From NCBI GenBank assembly GCA_031414535.1, contig JANNVQ010000049.1:32001-96000 (forward strand): DNA of 64,000 nt, written 5' to 3'. The translations under genes were made by a program, and so were the position numbers. Shown here piece by piece: positions 36,933 to 44,708 of the stretch. The notes beneath the pieces were generated by a model. That model had not been told where the DNA came from. It was given only the letters and a program-made list of their open reading frames with translations, and did no database searches. The DNA comes from Gemmatimonas sp. Lineage in GTDB: Bacteria; Gemmatimonadota; Gemmatimonadetes; Gemmatimonadales; Gemmatimonadaceae. Position 1 is the stretch's first letter, and every line of letters begins with the position of its first letter.

Positions 36933-37407
36933 GACTGACCCCACCCCCACCGCCCTCAAACTCTACGTCGTCCTCTCCCGGGCGTCCGAAGCGCTCCACG
37001 CCCACACCAAAGCCGACATCGAGTCCCACGGACTCTCCCACACCGAATTCGCCATCCTCGAAGCCCTCTTCCACAAGGGCCCCATGCTCCTCGGCGAAGT
37101 CCAGAAGAAGATCCTCGTCTCCTCCGGTGGCATCACCTTCCTTATAGATAAGCTCGAAAAGCGAGGCCTCGTCACACGCCGCCTCTGCGAGACCGACCGC
37201 CGCGCCCGCTACGCCGAGCTCACCCCAGAAGGCCAGGCGCTCATCGCCGGCATCTTCCCCGAGCACGCCGAAGTCATCCGCCGCGCCACCGCCGGACTCG
37301 GCCTGGCCGACCAACGCAAGCTGATCGAACTCCTCAAAGCCCTGGGCACCGAGGCAGAAGCCCTCGAGCCCCGCCCCACCGGCCTAGCAGCAGCCTCAAA
37401 ACCCTGA
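36931..37407 (+). CDS. MarR-family regulator (MhqR-like)
   Basis: GLSHTEFAILEALFHKGP, ILVSSGGITFLIDKLEKRGLV, DRRARYAELT. Confidence 0.92.
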   Translation: MTDPTPTALKLYVVLSRASEALHAHTKADIESHGLSHTEFAILEALFHKGPMLLGEVQKKILVSSGGITFLIDKLEKRGLVTRRLCETDRRARYAELTPEGQALIAGIFPEHAEVIRRATAGLGLADQRKLIELLKALGTEAEALEPRPTGLAAASKP

Positions 37408-37488
37408 CCCGCCACCCCGGAAAACACCCCGGGAACGAAATCTGGACCTAAAGCCTTAGTAGTGAGACGTTCACCAGTAGAGGTACTT

Positions 37489-38559
37489 ATGGCCCGCTCC
37501 GCCCCCACAACCCTCGGCTTCCACCACATCACGCTCGTCGCCTCCGACGCGCGACGCACCCTCGCGTTCTATCACGAGGTGCTCGGCCTGGCACTGGTGA
37601 AGCAGACCGTCAACTTCGACGACCCGTCCTCGTACCACCTGTACTTCGGCAACGCCGAGGGCGCGCCAGGCACGCTGGTCACCTTCTTCGAGTGGCTCAC
37701 CGCGCCGCGCGGTCGCTACGGCGTCGGCGGTGTGCATCACCTGGCCTTCTCCACGCCCACGTACGATACCCTGCTCAAGTGGAAGCGTCGCCTGCAGGAC
37801 TTGGGACTTCCCGTCTCCGGCCCAATGCCGCGCGGCTACTTCAACTCGCTGTACTTCCGCGATCCAGACGGTCAGGTCCTCGAGATCGCGACCGCAGGCC
37901 CGGGCTACGACATCGACGAACCCATCGCCGAGTTGGGGCGGCACATCCTCGGTCAGCAGCCACATCAGTTGCCGGGCACGCGTGACGAGATGGCGATCGC
38001 TCGCACGACGCATCCGGAACCGGTGCCGTTCATCACGCCCGACATGGCCCTCACCGGCCTGCATCACATCACGGGCATGACGGACGACATCGATCGCACG
38101 AGCGACTTCTATGAAGAGGCCCTTGGCCTGAAGCTCGTGAAGAAGACCATCAATCAAGATGACCCAGATACGCCGCACTGGTTCTGGGCCAACTACGATG
38201 GCAGTCGCGTGCTCCCTGGGAGCTCGTGGACCCTCTTCGGCTGGTCGCCGCGGCATCCCAAGGCACGCAACGGCACGGGCCAAACGCACCACGTCGCGTT
38301 CCGCGCGAAGTCAGATGATGAACAACTCGCCTGGCGCGACCACCTCATGACAATCGGGCTCGATGTCTCGCCCGTGATGGATAGGCAGTACTTCAAGAGC
38401 ATCTACTTTCAGGCGCCGGATGGGCAGTTGCTAGAGATAGCGACCGATGGACCCGGATTTGCGGTAGATGAAGCCGCACTCGGCGCGGAGCTGAAGCTTC
38501 CGTCGTGGCTCGAATCCGAGAGAACGCAGATCGCGGAAGCTCTCGGGCCGCTCAGATAG
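37489..38559 (+). CDS. Ring-cleaving dioxygenase / tandem VOC protein (MhqO-like)
   Basis: GFHHIT, LVKQTVNFDDPSSYHLYFG, YFKSIYFQAPDG.LLEIATDGPGF. Confidence 0.9.
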   Translation: MARSAPTTLGFHHITLVASDARRTLAFYHEVLGLALVKQTVNFDDPSSYHLYFGNAEGAPGTLVTFFEWLTAPRGRYGVGGVHHLAFSTPTYDTLLKWKRRLQDLGLPVSGPMPRGYFNSLYFRDPDGQVLEIATAGPGYDIDEPIAELGRHILGQQPHQLPGTRDEMAIARTTHPEPVPFITPDMALTGLHHITGMTDDIDRTSDFYEEALGLKLVKKTINQDDPDTPHWFWANYDGSRVLPGSSWTLFGWSPRHPKARNGTGQTHHVAFRAKSDDEQLAWRDHLMTIGLDVSPVMDRQYFKSIYFQAPDGQLLEIATDGPGFAVDEAALGAELKLPSWLESERTQIAEALGPLR

Positions 38560-38560
38560 A

Positions 38561-38632
38561 GGACGGAAGACGGATGACGGATGCTAACTGCAACCACGCG
38601 CGTTGTGAGCATCCGTCATCCGTCATCCGTCC
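38561..38632. repeat. GACGGAT-family hairpin
   Basis: ggacggaagacggatgacggatgct...agcatccgtcatccgtcatccgtcc. Confidence 0.9.
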
Positions 38633-38666
38633 AGTTAACTCACCCCACTAACACTCGAGACAAACT

Positions 38667-39197
38667 ATGATCTGGAACATTGATGCATCGCACACCAACG
38701 TTGATTTCGCCGTCAAGCACATGGCGATCTCCACCGTCCGCGGCTCATTCAACGTCTTCTCCGCCACTGGCGAGACGAATGATGCTGGCTTCCCCACCAA
38801 GCTCTCGATGGAGATTGACGCAGCCTCGGTGAACACCGCCAATGAGCAGCGCGACGGCCACCTGAAGTCCCCGGACTTCTTCGACGTTGCCGCTTCGCCG
38901 AAGATCACCTTCGTCGCCACCAAGATCAGCGGCGTGCCGTCCGAGCTCGTGATCGTCGGCGATCTCACCATCCGCGGCGTGACCAAGTCGGTCACCCTCA
39001 ACGGCGAGATCTCCGGTGAAGCCAAGGATCCTTGGGGCATGACGCGCCGCTCGCTCGAAGTCTCGGGCAAGATCCTGCGCTCGGAGTTCGGCCTCACCTG
39101 GAACGCGGCCCTCGAGATGGGCGGCGTGCTGGTGTCCGACGAAGTGAAGCTCAGCATCTCGGCGCAGGCGATCGTTGCGCAGCCGGTGGCGGCGTAA
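38667..39197 (+). CDS. YceI family (polyisoprenoid-binding) protein
   Basis: WNIDASH, RDGHLKSPDFFD, GDLTIRGVTK, KDPWG. Confidence 0.93.
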   Translation: MIWNIDASHTNVDFAVKHMAISTVRGSFNVFSATGETNDAGFPTKLSMEIDAASVNTANEQRDGHLKSPDFFDVAASPKITFVATKISGVPSELVIVGDLTIRGVTKSVTLNGEISGEAKDPWGMTRRSLEVSGKILRSEFGLTWNAALEMGGVLVSDEVKLSISAQAIVAQPVAA

Positions 39198-39227
39198 GCT
39201 GATGGTCTAGTCGGGCTCCAAACCGAC

Positions 39228-39271
39228 TGGAGAGAGGGCCACCCTGCGCAGGCGGGGTGGCCCTCTCTCCA
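39228..39271 (+). terminator. Strong hairpin, probable terminator after yceI
   Basis: 17-bp stem tggagagagggccaccc / gggtggccctctctcca; the U-tract is weak. Confidence 0.65.
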
Positions 39272-39305
39272 TTGCACTTTATATCTAAACCAATATAATT
39301 CGTGG

Positions 39306-39599
39306 GTGAAGAAAATCGGAAAGCTCACGTACTACGAAGATGGTTGGGAGGCGCGGAAGCTCCCGCCGGGGAAGGCGGAGAATCTTCGCATGCGCAGCCA
39401 CGCGATGATTATGCTCCGCGACATTGTCGAAGAGCGCGAACTGACACAAGCGCGTGCGGCGAAGCTTCTGGGCGTCAGTCAGCCGCGTGTGAGTGCCCTG
39501 TTGAACGGGCACATCGAGAAGTTCAGTCTCGACGCTCTGGTGCAGATGCTTTCGCACGCGGGGTACTTCGTGAGCATCGCCATCAAGCGCAAGAACTGA
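39306..39599 (+). CDS. Orphan XRE/HTH_37 HigA-like antitoxin
   Basis: LTQARAAKLLGVSQPRVSALLNG.IEKFSLDALV. Promoter TTGCAC-16-TATAAT-6-GTG. Confidence 0.85.
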   Translation: MKKIGKLTYYEDGWEARKLPPGKAENLRMRSHAMIMLRDIVEERELTQARAAKLLGVSQPRVSALLNGHIEKFSLDALVQMLSHAGYFVSIAIKRKN

Positions 39600-39607
39600 G
39601 GACGGCG

Positions 39608-39781
39608 CTAGGGCTTTTGCTTGGGCTGCGGTGCTTCTTCGGCGCCTGAGTCAAGCGCAACAACGGTCACTTCGCTCTCAGCGAAGCGCTTCGCGTACTC
39701 GCCGCGCACGCCGCCGCTGAAGTCGTACTCGGGGCGCATATCATCAGCTCCCTCAAGTTCGCGGGCAGTCTTCTTTTTCAT
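39608..39781 (-). pseudogene. Truncated BrnA-like antitoxin (57 aa; not in the ORF track)
   Basis: Hand translation: MKKKTARELEGADDMRPEYDFSGGVRGEYAKRFAESEVTVVALDSGAEEAPQPKQKP*. Lacks the usual C-terminal part and has no intact toxin gene upstream. Confidence 0.55.
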
Positions 39782-39862
39782 ATGTAGACGTCGCCAAGTT
39801 CGGGTTAGCTGCGCAACGGTCTGATGCTGATATTTACAACGGGTGGCGTTATAACGCTACCC

Positions 39863-40156
39863 GTGATAGTTTCCTTTGCAGACACCCCCACTGCGGACGT
39901 TTTCAACGGCATCGCCTCGGCTGCGGCAAGGCGCTGCTGTCCCACGGCGCTCTGGCCAGTCGCTCGGAGAAAGCTCGACCAAATCCACTGGGTGCGCCGA
40001 CTCGACGAGCTGCGGGACCCACCCGGAAATCGCCTCGAGCGCCTGCAAGGAAACCGCTTTGGGCAGTACAGCATCCGCGTCAATCGCGAATATCGAATCT
40101 GCTTCCGATGGGAGAATGGGAATGCCACGCAAGTTGAACTCACGGACTACCACTAA
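39863..40156 (+). CDS. higB: HigB (plasmid maintenance killer, RelE-like) toxin
   Basis: ARRKLDQI, LRDPPGNRLERLQG, QYSIRVNREYRICFRW, LTDYH. Palindrome gcgttataacgc upstream. Confidence 0.92.
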   Translation: MIVSFADTPTADVFNGIASAAARRCCPTALWPVARRKLDQIHWVRRLDELRDPPGNRLERLQGNRFGQYSIRVNREYRICFRWENGNATQVELTDYH

Positions 40157-40487
40157 GAAGAAGCCGAGCCGCCTCGTCAGCCGCCGCTTGCCGTCAAGCA
40201 GGCCGCCGACTCACCCCGGCGAGATGCTAATCGAAGAGTTCCTCAAACCACTTGGCATCTCGCAGTCGGCCTTCGCAGTTCGCCTCGGCGTCTCCTTCCC
40301 GCGCCTCAACGAGATCGCTCGCGGCAAGCGGGGCGTCACGGCAGACACCGCCCTTCGGCTCGCCCAGGTGTTGGGTATGAGCGCCGACTTCTGGCTCGGC
40401 CTTCAGGCTGATTGGGACCTCTGGCACGCGCTTCGCTCAGCGGAGGGAGCCAGGATTCGAGCACTCGTGCCTATGGCGAGAGGTTGA
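40122..40487 (+). CDS. higA: HigA addiction-module antidote
   Basis: PTHPGEMLIEEFLKPLG, RGVTADTALRLA, FWLGLQ. Start approximate. Confidence 0.92.
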   Translation: MPRKLNSRTTTKKKPSRLVSRRLPSSRPPTHPGEMLIEEFLKPLGISQSAFAVRLGVSFPRLNEIARGKRGVTADTALRLAQVLGMSADFWLGLQADWDLWHALRSAEGARIRALVPMARG

Positions 40488-40625
40488 ACGCACCTCGGTG
40501 GCTTGAGCGAATTTTGCCCCTTCGGCATCGATTCGATTCGCTACTCGCCCAACCCATCCAGTACCCTTGGCGCCATGTCCATCCGACATTTGTCCTCGGG
40601 AGCGCGGTGTGTTACAATGTATTAC

Positions 40626-40847
40626 ATGAAATCCGCCACGGTCACCATTCGGCTTGACGCCAAGCTTCAGAAAGAACTTGACCGTCTGAGTCGCCAGCTC
40701 GGGCGCAGCCGGAGCGAGCTTGTGCGCGACGCGCTCCGGCGCCAGCTCGCGCTCACTCGTTTTGAGCAGGCGCGCCGCGCGATCCTGCCGCTGGCCGAGG
40801 CGCAGGGCTTCCTCACGGATGAGGATGTGTTCCGCGACGTGTCGTGA
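40626..40847 (+). CDS. CopG/RHH antitoxin
   Basis: TVTIRLD...SRSELVRDALRR...GFLTDEDVF. Promoter TTGTCC-17-TACAAT-7-ATG. Confidence 0.88.
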   Translation: MKSATVTIRLDAKLQKELDRLSRQLGRSRSELVRDALRRQLALTRFEQARRAILPLAEAQGFLTDEDVFRDVS

Positions 40848-41248
40848 AGGTCTTCCTCGATACGAACGTCTTAATCAGCGCTTTCGCGGCACGAGGGCTC
40901 TGCGCAGACCTGATGCGGCTCCTGCTCGCGGAGCACGAGGTACTGACGGGCGAGGTGAATCTGATTGAACTGCGCCGCGTGCTGGTGGACAGGTTCAAAG
41001 CACCGCCTACGCAGGTGCGTCTCGTAGAAGATCTTCTTCGCGACCAAACAATCGTTGCCAAACCCGAGGCTCCACTTCTTCTGAAGGTTCGAGACGCCGA
41101 CGATGCTTGGGTGCTCGCATCAGCGGTAGCGGGTGAAGCCCGTATGCTGGTGACTGGCGATCAAGATCTGCTCGTGCTGGCAGAGCGTGCACCGGTCCCA
41201 TTTCTCACACCTCGCCAAGCCTGGGAGCAGTTGCGCGGCGTCCGGTAG
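40844..41248 (+). CDS. PIN-family (PIN_3) toxin
   Basis: MKVFLDTNVLISA, RDADDAWVLASA, LVTGDQDLL. Confidence 0.92.
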   Translation: MKVFLDTNVLISAFAARGLCADLMRLLLAEHEVLTGEVNLIELRRVLVDRFKAPPTQVRLVEDLLRDQTIVAKPEAPLLLKVRDADDAWVLASAVAGEARMLVTGDQDLLVLAERAPVPFLTPRQAWEQLRGVR

Positions 41249-41274
41249 AGATGTTTGTCTGATTCCCGCTTTTT

Positions 41275-41342
41275 GTAACTTAAAGATTACTATTGACAAT
41301 GTGAATTTAAAGTCACATTTTACTTTGTAAGCTTTAAGTTAC
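41275..41342. promoter_or_regulatory. hipBA promoter with three 16-bp palindromic operators at 26-bp period
   Basis: gtaacttaaagattac (41275), gtgaatttaaagtcac (41301), gtaagctttaagttac (41327); TTGACA at 41293. Confidence 0.75.
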
Positions 41343-41354
41343 CAAGGAGCAGCC

Positions 41355-41618
41355 GTGAGGGTGGCCAACAAACGAGAGATGGGCATCGCGCTCAAAGACC
41401 TGCGCCGGCGCAAAAAGCTGACCCAAGCCGCACTCGCCGAGCACTTGGGCGTGAGCCGGCGCTGGGTCAACCAGGTGGAGCAGGCCAAGACCAACGCTGA
41501 CGTATACACAGTGCTGCGCGCCCTCAAGTTCCTCGGCGCCGAGCTGGCCGTGCTACCGCGCGAGGAGCAGGTAGAAACCGGAGTGCTCGAGTCCGTACTT
41601 CGCGGGAAGCGCCCGTGA
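41355..41618 (+). CDS. hipB: HipB-like XRE antitoxin
   Basis: LTQAALAEHLGVSRRWVNQVEQAK HTH; AAGGAG RBS; overlaps hipA. Confidence 0.88.
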   Translation: MRVANKREMGIALKDLRRRKKLTQAALAEHLGVSRRWVNQVEQAKTNADVYTVLRALKFLGAELAVLPREEQVETGVLESVLRGKRP

Positions 41619-42928
41619 GCGAGCCGATTCTCTCGGTGGTGATGTACGACGCCCACGTCGCCGACATCTATGCTGATGCGGGAGATCGCATCGAGCTGCG
41701 CTACACCGAGGCGTGGCGCGCGAGCGAGAAGGCAATGCCCATCTCGCTCTCGATGCCGCTCGGCGCCGCATCTCACGAGAACAAGATCCTGCGCGCGTTT
41801 CTTTGGGGACTGCTACCCGACAACACGGAGACGCTTCGACACTTCGGAACAATCTTCGGCGTGTCGCCACGAAACCCCGTGGCCCTGCTCACGCATATGG
41901 GCGAGGACTGCGCAGGCGCGCTGCAATTCGTGTCGCCCGAGCGGCTGAGCGAGTTCGTAGGCAAAGCGCAGACAACGCTGGAGCTTGAGCGGATTGGAGA
42001 AGCGGAGATCGCAAGCGATCTGCGCCGCGTGCGCCGCAATGGCGTCGCTGTGCTCGACCGACAGTCGCCCGGACGCTTTAGCCTCTCAGGCGCGCAACCG
42101 AAGACTGCGCTCTTCCGCGACGCCGAAGGCTGGGGCCGTGCAATGGGCCGCACTCCCACGACGCACATCCTGAAGCCGCCAGCGAACGGCTTCGAGGGGT
42201 TCGCCGAGAACGAGCATTTCTGTTTGGCATTGGCATCTGCACTCGGGCTTCACGCAGCCAAGAGCGAGGTGCGACGCTTCGAAGACGAGTTGGCGATTAT
42301 CGTCGAGCGCTACGATCGACGCTGGGTGGGAGCCGTACCAACGCGTGTGCATCAAGAGGACAGCTGCCAAGCACTCGCAGTAGCGCCCGAGAAGAAGTAC
42401 GAAAGCGATGGTGGACCTGGCGTGCGAGCAATCGCGGAGTTGCTGCTTGAATCGTCGAGCGAGCCGTCCACAGACACGCGGCGATTTCTCGATGCGCTCA
42501 CTCTCAACTGGGCATTGGCCGCGACGGATGCGCACGCCAAGAACTATTCCGTACTTTTGGACGCGGGAAGAGAGGTGCGATTGGCGCCACTCTATGACCT
42601 CGCCAGCTATCTCCCCTACGACAGCGGAGATTTGCACCGGGTGAAGCTGGCCATGCGCGTCGGGCGGGAGTACCGCGCCCGCAAGGTGACTCGGGCAGAC
42701 TGGATCTCGCTCGCGGGAAACCTGCGAGTACCGAAGGACGAGGCACTGGCAAGACTTGCGAGCCTGCTTGAGCAGATTCCCGATGCCGCGGGCAAGGTCG
42801 CCGGGACCTGTGTGGCGGAGGGCCTTCCCCAGCAGTTTGTGGATGTTTTGCGAGACAAGGTGCAGGCCAACGCCGCGCGCTGCCTCCAAACGCTGAATGC
42901 CTCGTCCGAGCCGACGGACGCCGCATAG
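41615..42928 (+). CDS. hipA: HipA Ser/Thr kinase toxin
   Basis: ISLSMP, LLPDN, SLSGAQPK, THILKP, HQED, DAHAKNYS, LAPLYDL. Confidence 0.95.
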   Translation: MSEPILSVVMYDAHVADIYADAGDRIELRYTEAWRASEKAMPISLSMPLGAASHENKILRAFLWGLLPDNTETLRHFGTIFGVSPRNPVALLTHMGEDCAGALQFVSPERLSEFVGKAQTTLELERIGEAEIASDLRRVRRNGVAVLDRQSPGRFSLSGAQPKTALFRDAEGWGRAMGRTPTTHILKPPANGFEGFAENEHFCLALASALGLHAAKSEVRRFEDELAIIVERYDRRWVGAVPTRVHQEDSCQALAVAPEKKYESDGGPGVRAIAELLLESSSEPSTDTRRFLDALTLNWALAATDAHAKNYSVLLDAGREVRLAPLYDLASYLPYDSGDLHRVKLAMRVGREYRARKVTRADWISLAGNLRVPKDEALARLASLLEQIPDAAGKVAGTCVAEGLPQQFVDVLRDKVQANAARCLQTLNASSEPTDAA

Positions 42929-42989
42929 CGGTCCCGCCCTCTGGCGCGTAACCTTCGCGGACCCTCCTCCCACTCGGAGTTTTCGCGTC

Positions 42990-44534
42990 GTGCTCCTCGC
43001 CCGCCCGCTCACCGCTCTCGCCGCGGCTCTGCTCCTCGCCGCCCCCATCGCACTCGACGCCCAGGCAGCCGCCAGCGGCGCTAGCCCCACCACGGCGCGC
43101 CACAACGTGCGCACCCGCTCGCTGGCCATCCGCAACGCCACTATCGTGGATGGCAACGGCACGCCCGCGCGCGGTCCGGCCGACATCCTGATCGTGAACG
43201 ACACAATCGCCCAAATCGTCTGGTTGGATCCAGTCGCCCTGCGCGCCGGTCGCGCACGACGCCCGCAGGCGGACGCCGAGATTGATGCCACGGGAAAGTT
43301 CGTGCTCCCGGGCCTCATCAATGCCCACGCGCATCTGCAGCACGAACGCGCGGCCTATCCGCAACCATACGAGTACACGCTCAAGCTCTGGCTGGCTTCG
43401 GGCATCACGAGCTTCCGCGAAGTGGGAACGGACTCAACCGCAGGCCTACTCGCCGTGCGAGCCGCCGAGCGTGCGGGGACGCTGGTGTCGCCACGCGCGT
43501 ATGCTTACTTAAGATTTGGCGGCGCTCGCACGCCCGAACAAGCGCGTGGCCGCGTGCGCATGCTGCAGGCACAAGGCGCCGATGGCATCAAGATCACCGG
43601 CCTCGATCGCGACATCTTGATGGCGATGCTGGATGAAGCCAAGAAGGTCGGGCTTCGTGTGGCACATCACGTGGGCGTGGAAGAAACCAACGTCTGGGAC
43701 GACATCGCCGGCGGCACGAATAGCATCGAGCACTGGTACGGCATTCCCGACGCGGCCATTCGCACCAAGCGCCAGAACTTTCCGAGCGATTACAACTACA
43801 ACGACGAGACCGATCGCTTCCGTTGGGCCGGTCGCCTCTGGCGTGAAGCTGACCCGGCACTGCTCGACACCGTATTGATGGCGATGGTGCGTGCCAACGT
43901 GGGTTGGGTGCCGACGCTCGACATCTACGAAGCCTCACGCGACCTGCAGCGCGCCCAGACGCAGCCTTGGTTCCGCGACTATCTGCACCCGGCGCTTGAG
44001 GAATACTTCAAGCCCGACCCGGCCAATCACGGCAGCTACTTCGTTGGATGGTCCAGCACCGACGAGACCTTCTGGAAGGAGAACTACCAGATCTGGTTTC
44101 GCGCCATGCGCCGCTTTGAAGAGCTCGGCGGCACGCTAGCCTGTGGGGATGACGCAGGGTTCATCTACCAGTTGTATGGCTTTGGCTTGATTCGCGAGAT
44201 GGAGCTGCATCAGGAAGCGGGCTTCCACCCCGCGAAGGTGATTGAGCATTGCACGGGCAACGCGGCGCGCTTGATGGGCGAGCAGAACCGACTTGGCCGT
44301 GTGCGCGCGGGATGGCTCGCGGATCTCATCGTGGTTGACGGAAATCCGCTCGAAGACTTTAAGGTTTTGTATCCCGGCGGGACTACGCGCATCGTGGACG
44401 GTGTGTCGCAGCCCACGCTTGGGGTGGAGTGGACGGTGAAGGGTGGGCTGCCGTATCACGGACCGACGCTCATGCGTGAGGTGAAGGCGATGGTTGAGAC
44501 GGCGCGAAGAGCGAGGAGCGAACAGCGAAATTGA
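42990..44534 (+). CDS. Secreted amidohydrolase family protein
   Basis: IDATGKFVLPGLINAHAH, SIEH, GRVRAGWLADLIVVDGNPL; signal peptide. Confidence 0.88.
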   Translation: MLLARPLTALAAALLLAAPIALDAQAAASGASPTTARHNVRTRSLAIRNATIVDGNGTPARGPADILIVNDTIAQIVWLDPVALRAGRARRPQADAEIDATGKFVLPGLINAHAHLQHERAAYPQPYEYTLKLWLASGITSFREVGTDSTAGLLAVRAAERAGTLVSPRAYAYLRFGGARTPEQARGRVRMLQAQGADGIKITGLDRDILMAMLDEAKKVGLRVAHHVGVEETNVWDDIAGGTNSIEHWYGIPDAAIRTKRQNFPSDYNYNDETDRFRWAGRLWREADPALLDTVLMAMVRANVGWVPTLDIYEASRDLQRAQTQPWFRDYLHPALEEYFKPDPANHGSYFVGWSSTDETFWKENYQIWFRAMRRFEELGGTLACGDDAGFIYQLYGFGLIREMELHQEAGFHPAKVIEHCTGNAARLMGEQNRLGRVRAGWLADLIVVDGNPLEDFKVLYPGGTTRIVDGVSQPTLGVEWTVKGGLPYHGPTLMREVKAMVETARRARSEQRN

Positions 44535-44708
44535 AGAGCGAAGTAGTGAAGAGCGAGGGATGAAGGACAGAAGGGATGAAGGGGAAGACTTCAATCTTGT
44601 TGGGCTAACACTCAAACAGTACTGCTGACGATGCGTTCATACCTTGGGGCCTTGAAGTTTCCGATTCGCTTTTCGTTTTTCTCGATCGCTTTTTGCTCTT
44701 CGCTCTTT
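44506..44708. repeat. GAAGAGC-family repeat (purine arm 44506-44588, pyrimidine arm ~44664-44708)
   Basis: 44533-44556 is the exact reverse complement of 47142-47165 (24/24). Confidence 0.75.
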
